A stretch of DNA of 64,000 nucleotides from an uncultured euryarchaeote. Its GTDB lineage: Archaea > Thermoplasmatota > Poseidoniia > Poseidoniales > Poseidoniaceae. The stretch lies in assembly GCA_937899865.1 (NCBI GenBank), contig CALBRH010000063.1, positions 64,001 to 128,000 of the forward strand. The letters are read 5' to 3'. Below, one piece after another: positions 40,158-50,608 of this stretch (the first letter of the stretch is position 1; each line of letters starts with the position of its first letter). The translations under genes were made by a program, and so were the position numbers. The notes beneath the pieces were generated by a model. That model was given only the letters and a program-made list of their open reading frames with translations. It was not told where the DNA came from and did not search any database.

Positions 40158-40880
40158 GTGAATAAGAACGGACTCAGTTCTAGAGATCGTGAAAGGAAAG
40201 TTGGAAATTGGGTATTTTTTATTTCTAGTTTCTTTTTTCTATCTTTTTTTATTGCTCCCATGGTTTTAGACTCCGGAGAAATTCCAGAGTTAAACAATGG
40301 CCGAGCAAATGCTTTTGATTTTGCTACCACTGATGGATTGTGGTCTAACGGTAATACAAATTCAAATGAAACATTTGCTTGGACAGAATTAGATCCATAC
40401 ACAGGATTTATCTACGCATTTGGCGATTTGAATTGTCATAACAAACCAGAACGTTCAATCAAAATTAATGATAATCAAATGCCTGTTTGTACTAGAGATG
40501 TAGGAATCTTTTTTGGACTTGCAGTAGGCGGTTTTTGGTTTTCTAGAAAGGGATATAATCGTTGGACAGTTAAGGATACATGTCTTTCACTTATTCCAGA
40601 TAAGTGGCTATTAGGCACATACCAGTCAAATAGAAGAACTGTAGTTTGGCTATTATGTGGAATAATTCTTTGTTTGCCATTAATTGTTGATGGTTTTACT
40701 CAATTACTAACTTCTTATGAATCAAACAATATTACTAGACTAATAACGGGAATTGGTTTTGGAGTTGGCTTAGGAGTTTTGATTAGTGCAGCTTACTCTG
40801 CTAGGTCCAAATTTTTCAAATCAGCAGACCAGGTATCCTTGCCAGGTGGCATGAAATTCCGCCTTGTTGAAGAAGAATGA
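40158..40880 (+). CDS. DUF2085 family membrane protein
   Basis: CHNKPERSI...QMPVCTRDVGIFFG, PLIVDGFTQ, YESNNITRLITG. Confidence 0.85.
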   Translation: MNKNGLSSRDRERKVGNWVFFISSFFFLSFFIAPMVLDSGEIPELNNGRANAFDFATTDGLWSNGNTNSNETFAWTELDPYTGFIYAFGDLNCHNKPERSIKINDNQMPVCTRDVGIFFGLAVGGFWFSRKGYNRWTVKDTCLSLIPDKWLLGTYQSNRRTVVWLLCGIILCLPLIVDGFTQLLTSYESNNITRLITGIGFGVGLGVLISAAYSARSKFFKSADQVSLPGGMKFRLVEEE

Positions 40881-42227
40881 TTATGGAGGAGGAGTTTTCC
40901 ACCAGATAATTAGTTCTTCTTTGGTACTTGGTATGGGGCAATTGTCATGTCCACTAGTAAGAATATTTAGTCTTTCAAAAACATCATTAATCGACTTCTT
41001 TATTTGATAAGCAGGAATTTTAGAATTGGATAAAATTTCTTCCAAAGCATTTTCCCAGTTACCTTTAGGATTTGCTCTTCTCCAAGATGATATTGAACTT
41101 CTAAGAGGCCATAGTGCCAGTGATAATCTACCAAATCCTACTCTGTCTTGTTTTAACTTGAATACTTTGGCATCGGAGAATGGTATGTGATTAAATTGTT
41201 TATTTATCCATTTTTCTTCTTCTAACCATTTTACTAGACGTTGCGTATGTCTCTTCGTGATCATTCTATGAGGGCCGAGAAGTTTGTGCAATTTTGGTAC
41301 TTCTGTAGATCCTCCAATTAATGAAAGGGTGCCTAAAATCGACCATGATGAGAAGGAAAAGGGGTTTATTGGGACGTCAAATTCTTTTGCAGATTTTTTT
41401 GGCCAGTTATTTTCAACAAAATCCATCCATTCTGCTGGGCTCTTTCCACTTAACCACCCTTCATGAATTGCGCTTAGATTTACTGGAGCTCCGGGAAGTC
41501 TTGTTTGAGTTTCAAGATTTCCAATCAATCTCCTAAGTAAGTATCTATCTACTTTGTCCGAATCAACATTTAATGGGGCCGGTTTTTTATTGAAGAAAGT
41601 CCTCAATGTTTCAGCAAGTTTTTTTCTTAAATCATCCAATCCAGATTCATTCAAAATAGGTCCAACAACTTGACATTTATCAAATGGTTCTGATACTGTA
41701 ATTTTTCCTGACAATAGTTCACTGAAGCCCTTTCTTATTTTCTTCTGTATCTCGGTAGTTTCAAAATACTCCTGCTTATTGCTCGTCATTCTCAAGGTTC
41801 CAGAACGAATTCTTTTCATTGCTTTCTCTGGATCGCAATCTATCCAAATAACCAAATCTGGTATCATTGCAGCAGAATTCATTTTTACTACATCATCAAT
41901 ACCTAGAGCTCCAACTATTCCTTGGTAAATCAAAGAAGAATGGATATTTCTATCTGAAATTACAACATGTCCTTTGTCTAGTAATGGTTTGATAAAAGTA
42001 TGAGAATGATCTAATCTATCAGCTGCGAAAAGGCCGGCTTCTTCTAATGGTGTTTTGTCACCTTTCATAACAGAAGAAAGTGCAAGCTTTCCAAGTTCGC
42101 TATGTCTTCTAGGTTCATGTGTTGAGTGAATCTTTGGAAATGGAAAGTTTGCAAGTAATTCTCCAATAATTCTAGCAGCCTCTCCTTTACCAGAACCATC
42201 ACCTCCCTCGACCGAGATAAGATACAT
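40881..42227 (-). CDS. tmk: Thymidylate kinase fused to ~230-aa C-terminal domain with wHTH-like segment
   Basis: SVEGGDGSGK, THEP, LFAADRLDH, VISDR, SSLIYQG, PDLVIWID. Confidence 0.85.
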   Translation of the reverse strand: MYLISVEGGDGSGKGEAARIIGELLANFPFPKIHSTHEPRRHSELGKLALSSVMKGDKTPLEEAGLFAADRLDHSHTFIKPLLDKGHVVISDRNIHSSLIYQGIVGALGIDDVVKMNSAAMIPDLVIWIDCDPEKAMKRIRSGTLRMTSNKQEYFETTEIQKKIRKGFSELLSGKITVSEPFDKCQVVGPILNESGLDDLRKKLAETLRTFFNKKPAPLNVDSDKVDRYLLRRLIGNLETQTRLPGAPVNLSAIHEGWLSGKSPAEWMDFVENNWPKKSAKEFDVPINPFSFSSWSILGTLSLIGGSTEVPKLHKLLGPHRMITKRHTQRLVKWLEEEKWINKQFNHIPFSDAKVFKLKQDRVGFGRLSLALWPLRSSISSWRRANPKGNWENALEEILSNSKIPAYQIKKSINDVFERLNILTSGHDNCPIPSTKEELIIWWKTPPP

Positions 42228-42229
42228 GT

Positions 42230-43078
42230 TTAATCCTCAGCAGTATAGTCTTCATATTGATCTTGTACAATACTATTGAGTGCCATTCCTGAAAGAATTA
42301 GAATAGGACCTATCCAAATCAATCCTCTACTGAACAGGGCAATGCCAGCTAGATATTGAGTGCGACGATATTTATTTCCACGCCTAACCTCAACCGATGC
42401 CTGAATCCCAACAAAACCAGTTATAATAGTAAAAATTGCCAAGAATGTAGAGAGTGCTACTGATGCTTCAAGTGACCATCCACCATCGCCACTAACAGCA
42501 TTCTCTTGAATAATATTTGAAGAATTACCTTCAACCATAGTAAATGGGGAGATTAAACCATTTTCCGCTCTAAATGTTCTTTCTACAGAGTCATATCCTG
42601 ATATTACCACTCTTAATTTCATAATTTCGGGTTTTACATTGTCAAATTGGAAGTAGCCATTTTCATCTGAACTTTCTGTTTGAATCACAATTACACTTTT
42701 GTCTTCATATAATTCAATTGTTGCATTCTCTAATATCACTCCATCAATAGTCAGGACTTGACCAGTTATATCAACAGTCTCGGCTTCATTAAACAGTGAA
42801 GAATTCAGTAATTCATCAGGATTACCTTGTAGTAAGATACCTCCGCTAACAATCCCCAATATGCTGCCAATAAGGACTAAAATTGCAACAATCATCCTCA
42901 AACGTTCTCTTTCGTCATAGTCTAAGTCAATCATTGGCTTAACTACAATTTCACGTTCTTCTGTATTATTTGACAAATCAGGCAAATCTGGTGAAGAATC
43001 ACCTTCTTTCGCTTCGATTTGCTCTTGAACGCGCTCCCTTAACGCCGCTCTTCGCTCTTCGAAACTTTTCTCCGACAT
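42230..43078 (-). CDS. Membrane protein with carboxypeptidase-regulatory-like (Ig-like) extracellular domain
   Basis: ITGQV...ENATI...SDENGYFQFDNV, plus about four TMs. Start refined to ATG 43078 after GGAGG. Confidence 0.65.
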   Translation of the reverse strand: MSEKSFEERRAALRERVQEQIEAKEGDSSPDLPDLSNNTEEREIVVKPMIDLDYDERERLRMIVAILVLIGSILGIVSGGILLQGNPDELLNSSLFNEAETVDITGQVLTIDGVILENATIELYEDKSVIVIQTESSDENGYFQFDNVKPEIMKLRVVISGYDSVERTFRAENGLISPFTMVEGNSSNIIQENAVSGDGGWSLEASVALSTFLAIFTIITGFVGIQASVEVRRGNKYRRTQYLAGIALFSRGLIWIGPILILSGMALNSIVQDQYEDYTAED

Positions 43079-43109
43079 CACAAAGCCTCCCGAATAAATA
43101 CCCCTTGAG

Positions 43110-43148
43110 GTGCGCGGATAATACCTCTTCCCCCAAATGTCCGCGCAC
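43110..43148 (-). other. GC-rich 9-bp perfect inverted repeat (hairpin) in 74-nt intergenic region
   Basis: GTGCGCGGA (43110-43118) and TCCGCGCAC (43140-43148) around a 21-nt loop. Confidence 0.6.
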
Positions 43149-43152
43149 AATG

Positions 43153-44373
43153 TTACAGTTTTAGACTAATATCTGCCATCAAAATAAGTACTAATATAAA
43201 CGATACAATAATGATCGATATATAGCCTACAGCCCTACTTTTTTCAATATTTTTCTGGGTGGAATAATCTAAATTCGAATCAGAATTTATAGTTGGATTA
43301 TTATCTAATTCGACATTATTTACCTGAGACGGCTCTAAAGTCCACGCCGATGATTTCAATCCAATCTCCAGTATATTACCAATTAATCCAAGAGACTCAG
43401 CACTGACTTTGTCTGCAGTATCCTCATGAGTATGCCAATATCCTCCCCAACGTTCAGCATCTTCTCCGTAATTTATATCGATGAAATTAATTGCAGGTAT
43501 TCCTGCTTCATGAGCAGGCACATGATCGTCAATAACACCTCTAGTTCTATTTGGATTGAATATTTCAATACCATATTCTCCATTACAATCAGTTTCTTCT
43601 TCCATCATCCCTAATGCAGCGGTGATTGGGACAATAGTTTCCCATAGTTGATTGGAAGTATCGGTAACTTTGGTAAAATCAAGGTACTTGTCACCAATCA
43701 TATCGATAACAATGTATGCAGAAATGTTTTCCTTGTAGCTTTCAGTAAGGTTTTCTACCCAAGCATATGCTCCATATGACCATGTTAGAGGGTATCCTCC
43801 ACCAGGTATTCCTTGATCTTCTGCATCAGAGAAAAATAGTGTGACATCATGATTTAGGTTCATTTGAGGAATTATTTTTCCTAGTTCAATTAATACGGCT
43901 ACCCCGCTTCCACCATCATTCGCGCCATCTATGGGCTTGTCCCTCATTGACTCATTTTCGTCTCGCTCTGCCATGTATCTTGAATCATAATGAGCGACAA
44001 AAACAACATTTTGACCGGTTGAGTTCAACGGGCTAAAAGTTCCAACAAGATTTGTGAGGGTGAAATTTTCTCTTTGATGACTTGATTCTTCAAATGTCCA
44101 ATCAGATAAGTTTTCAATTATTGAAGTTCTAAGATTTTGTGACGCATTTGAACCAGGTAGCCTTGGTCCTAAATCTGTCTGCCAAGTAATTGAAGCATTA
44201 GCAGAATTGCTATCGAATGATAAATCATCAATAAATTCACAGGGGTCGCTCCCTTGATATTCGTAATCAGAAATTTCTGAACTAGTTGAACTTAATATGC
44301 ACGAAAATAGCATTGAAATTAATAAAAAAGCCGCAACTGAACGGCTTTTCGATTGAGCGCAACATGTGAGCAT
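43153..44373 (-). CDS. Secreted, C-terminally anchored M28 family peptidase / glutaminyl cyclase-like
   Basis: AHYDSR, GANDGGSGVA, DAED, DMIG, DDHVP, WHTHED. Signal peptide and C-terminal TM. Confidence 0.9.
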   Translation of the reverse strand: MLTCCAQSKSRSVAAFLLISMLFSCILSSTSSEISDYEYQGSDPCEFIDDLSFDSNSANASITWQTDLGPRLPGSNASQNLRTSIIENLSDWTFEESSHQRENFTLTNLVGTFSPLNSTGQNVVFVAHYDSRYMAERDENESMRDKPIDGANDGGSGVAVLIELGKIIPQMNLNHDVTLFFSDAEDQGIPGGGYPLTWSYGAYAWVENLTESYKENISAYIVIDMIGDKYLDFTKVTDTSNQLWETIVPITAALGMMEEETDCNGEYGIEIFNPNRTRGVIDDHVPAHEAGIPAINFIDINYGEDAERWGGYWHTHEDTADKVSAESLGLIGNILEIGLKSSAWTLEPSQVNNVELDNNPTINSDSNLDYSTQKNIEKSRAVGYISIIIVSFILVLILMADISLKL

Positions 44374-44459
44374 TATAGAATCCTAATAGACTGACCCTTA
44401 AATACTTCTTTTTTACTGCTCAATTTGAATGCAATAACGCATTTAGTGGGATTTGAAAT

Positions 44460-47400
44460 ATGTCGGAAAAACGCTCTACAAAATCACTCTTCTTAATTGC
44501 GTTAATGATGGTTTCATTATCATCGCCAATATTCTCATCATCAGCGGCAGCAGATTCAGATTCTCAATCGAATGAAAGGAACTATGATGTCCAAGGAGTA
44601 ATTATCGGAGACTTAGCAGATTTCGATGTATCAGAAGGTAGAGAGTATTTGTTATTCGATGAAGAAACACCAGTAGTCTCTGCTTATGGATTTATGAAAC
44701 AGGCATGGATTGATGCAGGCAGACCTGGCGTTGATGAGATGAAATATGAGCCAGTCAACTATGGAAGGGCTAGCGCAAGATCTTGTAACCCTCATCTTGT
44801 AGGTGATACTCTAACAGTTCCTATTTCGGGAGGTTCATTGGACGCTTATGTAGCAAAAACAACCAATACAGTAGCGTTTATTGTTCAAAATGGCAGAACA
44901 TTATCTTCAACTGTTTTAAACAACTTAGCGTCTTCTTGGGATTCAACAATTTACCCAACAATGACCACTTACTATGGTAAAGATTACCAAGATGGTAGAG
45001 GCTTAGCTGCTCCAGACATCGATAATAATTGTCAAGTTCAAATCGTAATTTATGACATAGATGGAGCATTCAACACAGGAGGATATTTTGCTCCATCATT
45101 TGCTAGTTCAAGGGAGGCAGTTTTCATCGATTATGCTGACATAACATTATCTTGGGGTAAGTCAATTATTGCCCATGAGTTACAACATTTACTTCACAAT
45201 GCTCAAGATCCATATGAAAATTTATGGATTGATGAAGGTAACGCTGATGTGGCAATTTACCTGTGCTTTGGTTCAGATTCAACACTAATTAGCCATCTTA
45301 ATCAATGGACAGAATCGCCTGAGTTATCTATAAGGTGGTGGAATCAAAGGTTTGCCGATTATGGTGCAGGATTCATATTTACAATGTATTTAGCAGACCA
45401 TCTTGGAGGCGGTCCAGCAGTTCGTCAATTAGTCCAAGATTCAGCAACAGGTGGAGTTTCTGTCCAAAACTTAGCACTTTCACCACCTTCAGGACAACCT
45501 GGAATGCTTGGTAGAACTATGAGTGAAATCTTTGCAAATTTCTCTGTAGCAGCATTTTTGGATTCAGAACAAGGCATCTATGGATTTTCAAACCTCGATC
45601 TTACTCCGACATGCTCTTCAGGGTCTTTCTGTCGAGCTCAGCCAACAGAAACTAACAGTGATTGGAGTACTCCATTTTCTTCAACTGGACACACGGTAGA
45701 AGGATGGGGTTTGAGGGCATTCAAATTTACTCCTGGTGCATCATCTCCTGCGCCTCTAACAATTAGATTAACAGCAGATGTTAGTCAATTTGATGGAGTA
45801 ATTGTTACTAAGTCAATGATAGATGGTCTATTGAGCGTTTCAGATCTAGATTTCCAAAGTAATGTGGCAACTGCATTAGTTCCAGGTTTTGGAAATCTAA
45901 CTGATGAGGTTTGGGCAATTACTTGGTATGGTAGTACTGTTGCAGATTGTGATTACACCTCTTGTGGCCCATCTTACCCTCAAGGAACAGTTGACATCGA
46001 AGCAGCAAGAATTACTGCTCCTGCATCATTAACAATCAATAATACTGATTTATCTGACCGAGATGGAGATGGCAATGATGATACAGTACAAGTTAACTTT
46101 GATGTTTTCTCAAATGCATTCTTCGAAGATTTGGATGTTGAGACAAAGATTATTGATTCTCAAGGACTAGTCGTTGATGAGATAACTTCAAGAATTTCTG
46201 CAGGTGGTGGAGTTAATTCTAACAGCAACGTTTGGTTCACTGCACCTTTTGATGGACAATATACTGTCAAATTCGATATGTATGATATGATTGGAACATT
46301 AGTGGATAGTGTTTCTACTCAACCATGGGATCTTGCCAATATGAGGCCAGTAGCAAACGGTTCTATCTCAACTAATGCAAGTCAGACTTGGGAAAATATT
46401 CAGTTTGTTGGCAGTGGGTTTGATGCATGGGGACTATCTTTAGACAACAATACTCTACCATATCTTGACCAACCAGTAGCTTATGCTTGGGATTTTGATG
46501 ATGGTATATCATCTAATTTGAAATCCCCAACAAGGTCATATCAAAATATTGGCTTATACAATGCAACATTAAGAATCATGGATCAAGGGAATACTTGGTC
46601 TGAAACAGATATCTTACAAATAAATGTCACAGACGATTCCATCCCTCAACCTACCATTACTGTGAATAATGTAGTAATTACTGATAACATAAGTATACTT
46701 ACCAACCAAATGATTCAATTTTCTGCTTCAAGAACTGTTGATAATGTGCCAATACAAAATCTTGAGTTCCAATGGGAATGGGGTGATGGAACATTTGATA
46801 ATGGCCAAGGCGCCTACATCGCTCAACATCAATGGGGTGCAATTGACAAAGAAGTTGAGGCATTTAATCTCACATTATCGGTTTTTGATGGTTTTAATAC
46901 CGGGGTAAAGAACATTACAGTATATGTTAACAATAGAATTCCATACCAAATTTTTGCTGAGAATTTAACGACTAATACCTACACATCAATCATTATGCCA
47001 GATATTTTTGTCGACGATGATGGTACAATAGTTAGCTATGAATGGAATTTCTTGGACGGGGTGAATTTGGATGGAGGAATCACCGATAGAAATGATGATT
47101 TTGTTCAAACTTCATCAAATTCTCCATATCCTTCTCCCTCTTGGGACACGCCAGGAATTAAATCAGTTACTCTCAAGGTCGTAGACGATGATGGAAGTGA
47201 ATCAACAGCTCAACTATTTGTAAATGTACTAAACCAAGATCCTATAGCAGATTTCACCGTTAGAACAACCTCAGAAGGAGAGACAGTAGCAATAGACTTT
47301 AGAGCTGAAGATGGATATGTCGATGTACCTTATACATTTGATGGAATTTCTTCTTATGATATAGACTCATCAACAGGAGATTCTGCAAACTTGATATTTA

Positions 47401-48674
47401 ATTGGTCATTCGGTGAAGGATTTTATAGTGACAACGCGATATCAACTTTCACCTTTACTGAACCAGGGATTCATGAAGTGTCACTTTATGTCATAGATGA
47501 CTATGGTGCTCAAAGTTTGACAAAAACAATAACTGTCAGAGTCCAGAATCCATTACCGATAATATCTGTTAGAATTTTAGATGGCTGGGTAGATGGCCAG
47601 CAAATGGATCGTAATTCACCTCGTCCAGAAGGTTTTATTCCCGATTCTTGGACTCACACTTTTGATGACCAAGAAAATACTTTCACAGCACCAGGATATG
47701 TATTATATTTTGATTCTGAAGGAACTAGAGATGGAGATAGAAGGTATGAAGGTAAATATTCTCCAGTAATGGATGAAGGTAATTCAAATTGGAACGGTAT
47801 TGTCGAATATACATGGGATTTTGGCGATGCAACTCCTCTATCAAAAGAACCCTCGCCTTGGCATTTTTATGAAAACCCAGGAACCTATACAGTTACCTTG
47901 ACCGTTAGAGACTCTTATGGCACAGGTGACGTAAGTAAGCAATCATTTACTATCGTAGTTGATGAAGCTCCAGAGGTCAAGAAAATTGAAATCCCAAGTG
48001 AAATAATTGCTGGGGAATCAACTTATCTAAGTGCAAATGTTTCAGATTATGAAATGACTAACAATGTATTAGTGCATCGTGATTTAAATGTAGAAGATGG
48101 TTCAATTTTTGATAAAGATGAGACTTTGAATTCAGAATTAGTAGTTAGGTGGGATATCAACGCAGATAGAGATACAAACAAGAATGGTATTTTGGATGAT
48201 GATTGGTTAATCCCTAAAGCAAATGCGGTAAATTACCGTATCTCTGCATTATGGAATGAGTCGGGAACATTCAAAATAATATTGGAAGCATGCGATGGAA
48301 TTGGAATTTGTACTTTAGTTAGTGAAGATGTTGAGGTCACTCCAAAACCCGATCCAGAACCATCGCTGTCTGACTTCGAATTAGAAGATTGGTCATCATG
48401 GGTTAAAGATGCAGGTTCAGACCTTGCGACCTACATTGCTTTGATTGCAGTTGCTTTGATTTTAGGTTGGCTCGTTCTTAGGGAATCATCTGAAGTTGAA
48501 GACGATGCAAAACAGGCTGCAGAATCTTACAGTGATGTTGAACATGTAGAGGTCCAAGGAGGGCTATTGGGTATGGATCAGCATACGCCACCGCCAGCAC
48601 CTGCAATACTATCAAAGGAAGAGCGTAGAAGTGAAGAAAGCGGATACATAAGGCCATTGCGAAGAAGAATCTAA
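44460..48674 (+). CDS. Large surface-anchored zinc metallopeptidase (M30/M6-like) with multiple PKD domains
   Basis: Signal peptide, AHELQH, WIDEG, PKD motifs (YAWDFDD, WEWGDG, WSFGEG, YTWDFGD...YENPGTYTVTLTV), C-terminal TM. Confidence 0.85.
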   Translation: MSEKRSTKSLFLIALMMVSLSSPIFSSSAAADSDSQSNERNYDVQGVIIGDLADFDVSEGREYLLFDEETPVVSAYGFMKQAWIDAGRPGVDEMKYEPVNYGRASARSCNPHLVGDTLTVPISGGSLDAYVAKTTNTVAFIVQNGRTLSSTVLNNLASSWDSTIYPTMTTYYGKDYQDGRGLAAPDIDNNCQVQIVIYDIDGAFNTGGYFAPSFASSREAVFIDYADITLSWGKSIIAHELQHLLHNAQDPYENLWIDEGNADVAIYLCFGSDSTLISHLNQWTESPELSIRWWNQRFADYGAGFIFTMYLADHLGGGPAVRQLVQDSATGGVSVQNLALSPPSGQPGMLGRTMSEIFANFSVAAFLDSEQGIYGFSNLDLTPTCSSGSFCRAQPTETNSDWSTPFSSTGHTVEGWGLRAFKFTPGASSPAPLTIRLTADVSQFDGVIVTKSMIDGLLSVSDLDFQSNVATALVPGFGNLTDEVWAITWYGSTVADCDYTSCGPSYPQGTVDIEAARITAPASLTINNTDLSDRDGDGNDDTVQVNFDVFSNAFFEDLDVETKIIDSQGLVVDEITSRISAGGGVNSNSNVWFTAPFDGQYTVKFDMYDMIGTLVDSVSTQPWDLANMRPVANGSISTNASQTWENIQFVGSGFDAWGLSLDNNTLPYLDQPVAYAWDFDDGISSNLKSPTRSYQNIGLYNATLRIMDQGNTWSETDILQINVTDDSIPQPTITVNNVVITDNISILTNQMIQFSASRTVDNVPIQNLEFQWEWGDGTFDNGQGAYIAQHQWGAIDKEVEAFNLTLSVFDGFNTGVKNITVYVNNRIPYQIFAENLTTNTYTSIIMPDIFVDDDGTIVSYEWNFLDGVNLDGGITDRNDDFVQTSSNSPYPSPSWDTPGIKSVTLKVVDDDGSESTAQLFVNVLNQDPIADFTVRTTSEGETVAIDFRAEDGYVDVPYTFDGISSYDIDSSTGDSANLIFNWSFGEGFYSDNAISTFTFTEPGIHEVSLYVIDDYGAQSLTKTITVRVQNPLPIISVRILDGWVDGQQMDRNSPRPEGFIPDSWTHTFDDQENTFTAPGYVLYFDSEGTRDGDRRYEGKYSPVMDEGNSNWNGIVEYTWDFGDATPLSKEPSPWHFYENPGTYTVTLTVRDSYGTGDVSKQSFTIVVDEAPEVKKIEIPSEIIAGESTYLSANVSDYEMTNNVLVHRDLNVEDGSIFDKDETLNSELVVRWDINADRDTNKNGILDDDWLIPKANAVNYRISALWNESGTFKIILEACDGIGICTLVSEDVEVTPKPDPEPSLSDFELEDWSSWVKDAGSDLATYIALIAVALILGWLVLRESSEVEDDAKQAAESYSDVEHVEVQGGLLGMDQHTPPPAPAILSKEERRSEESGYIRPLRRRI

Positions 48675-48713
48675 CAGTTAGGATATTGAACTGAATTAAC
48701 ATAGAGTAAATTA

Positions 48714-49814
48714 GTGGTAGAGATGAGTAAAAAAACCGTCATTGTTTTGATAATGGTGTTTACTCTACCTATGTTCGGAATTCATGGCAATCATTTTGTC
48801 GAAAATGCCTCAGCTGCTGATGCTTGTAGTGGGGACATAGAGCCAATCTTATGGAATCAAACTGTGGGTCGCTCAGCATTGGTTCCTCATTACAACTATT
48901 ACAGCGGATATTTTGGATTTGGCGAATATTATGATGAAGACGATAGAAAAGGAAGAGACCATGAAAAAGATTGGATTTTGGAACCTCCTCGCGAGAAAAC
49001 TGAATTAAATCCAGAAGAAGAGTGGATGTATGTTGCTTGGGATAGAAATTCAAGATTGGATACATTGACTTCTAATCATCATTCAACAATGCTTGTTGGC
49101 AATGATAGTATTGGAGCACTTAGAGTAAATCTTTCCGCCCAGCACAGGACTACTGTTTGTGTTACTGTTGAGGCATTAAATGAAACCAACGATGACTATT
49201 CAGTAGATGTTTACTTGATGACTTCATCGGAATATCAGCGTTATACAGAATTGTATTATTCATCACATTCTGAGAATAGTTTCTACAATGACCTTTCTGA
49301 GGCACTTAGTGATATATCTCCTGAATGGAGGAGTCTTGATTTTACAGGATGGAGGTCATATAGGGACGCTCATCAATATGAGTCAGTAAATCAGATCAAT
49401 TTTGCATTGAATTTAGATGGGCCAGAATCTTATACTCCAATTTTTGGTGATGAAATGTGGCAAGATTTCTACATAGTAATTGATACATGGGATAATAATC
49501 ATGACAATGATGCAAGTGCTCCAGGGGTAGTAACAGCTGCAGATGTAACGATAATTACTACTGAGAGGTCGTTTATTTTACCAAACTATACTGTGGCGAT
49601 AATTTTCCTTATGATGATTATTGGTATGGTCATTTTCCCATTCATATTGAATGCTAGGTATATGAGAGCAGGTTTAGATGCGAATGATGGCGCAACTGGA
49701 CCTGGTTTAGTGCCTTCACTTGAAGTTGATGCAGAATTAACTGATCATAGTTTAGAACAGCCTTTAGATGCTAAAGATTATCCTGAAATAGGTGGTAATG
49801 ATACTGGCGATTAA
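48714..49814 (+). CDS. Hypothetical exported protein with C-terminal membrane anchor
   Basis: N-terminal signal peptide, beta-rich body (VDVYLMT), TM IIFLMMIIGMVIFPFIL. Confidence 0.65.
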   Translation: MVEMSKKTVIVLIMVFTLPMFGIHGNHFVENASAADACSGDIEPILWNQTVGRSALVPHYNYYSGYFGFGEYYDEDDRKGRDHEKDWILEPPREKTELNPEEEWMYVAWDRNSRLDTLTSNHHSTMLVGNDSIGALRVNLSAQHRTTVCVTVEALNETNDDYSVDVYLMTSSEYQRYTELYYSSHSENSFYNDLSEALSDISPEWRSLDFTGWRSYRDAHQYESVNQINFALNLDGPESYTPIFGDEMWQDFYIVIDTWDNNHDNDASAPGVVTAADVTIITTERSFILPNYTVAIIFLMMIIGMVIFPFILNARYMRAGLDANDGATGPGLVPSLEVDAELTDHSLEQPLDAKDYPEIGGNDTGD

Positions 49815-50608
49815 TATTCCATTAATGCCCATGCATCTCTAAGGTCTCTAACGTTGATTAGTCCCTTGTCAGATAATCTGAAATGGTTCATCATTGTAGC
49901 ATATACTATCTCTTGCTCGAGCACAGGAGCGTGCAATCTGACCCAGTCCCCACCATTGCCTAATCCCATTATAGAGTGGCTAGATTCTTGTCCAATCAAT
50001 GAATTTGCCGCTTCAAAAATCTGTAAAGCATCTTGATGGTTATTTACTGTAGAACAGAATTTAACGATATCTCCTTGAGTCGAGTTATCTTTAATCAATG
50101 CAACAATCTCATCAGCATTAGGTGTTGATTTTGTTTCATGAATAGAAGCAATGACTTTGGAATTTGATTCTTTAGCAAGCTTCATCAGTTTTTCTCTAGA
50201 TTTTTTGGCGATTGATAATTCAAGGTCAACAAATGTTACTTGTGACTTAATTCCAAGTTCAAGAATTTCTAATCTTTGTTCTTCAGTACCCGAAAAGAAT
50301 CCTCCTTCTCTAACCGATCTAATTGTGAAAATGACAGGACCTGGGATTCCTTCTTTTAGATTTTCAATTGACTTTTCGACATCGATTTCAGAGAAATCTT
50401 TGACTCCCCAATCTTCGACTGGAGGCATCTTGGTATATTCTTCTCCATCATCATTTACCATGGTCACTGGTTCAGGTTTATTCAAGTATAACTTGTCGAA
50501 TCGAACTTCAACATAGTCGGCTCCAGCAATATTTGCTCTTGTAGCTTCATCAATCATCTCTTCGACTGTGATTGCTTCTAATGAGACACATACTTTTGGT
50601 TCTGCCAT
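49811..50608 (-). CDS. aroD: Type I 3-dehydroquinate dehydratase
   Basis: ADYVEVRFD, IFTIRSVREGG, VDLEL, IASIHE...TP, DIVKF, IMGLG. Confidence 0.85.
   Translation of the reverse strand: MAEPKVCVSLEAITVEEMIDEATRANIAGADYVEVRFDKLYLNKPEPVTMVNDDGEEYTKMPPVEDWGVKDFSEIDVEKSIENLKEGIPGPVIFTIRSVREGGFFSGTEEQRLEILELGIKSQVTFVDLELSIAKKSREKLMKLAKESNSKVIASIHETKSTPNADEIVALIKDNSTQGDIVKFCSTVNNHQDALQIFEAANSLIGQESSHSIMGLGNGGDWVRLHAPVLEQEIVYATMMNHFRLSDKGLINVRDLRDAWALMEY

Noticed and set aside
46060-48210. DxDxDG-type loops (DRDGDGNDD, DTNKNGILDD) in the PKD peptidase as part of the Ca2+ signalling theme
   Set aside because: They are extracellular, and structural Ca2+ loops are commonplace in secreted proteins.
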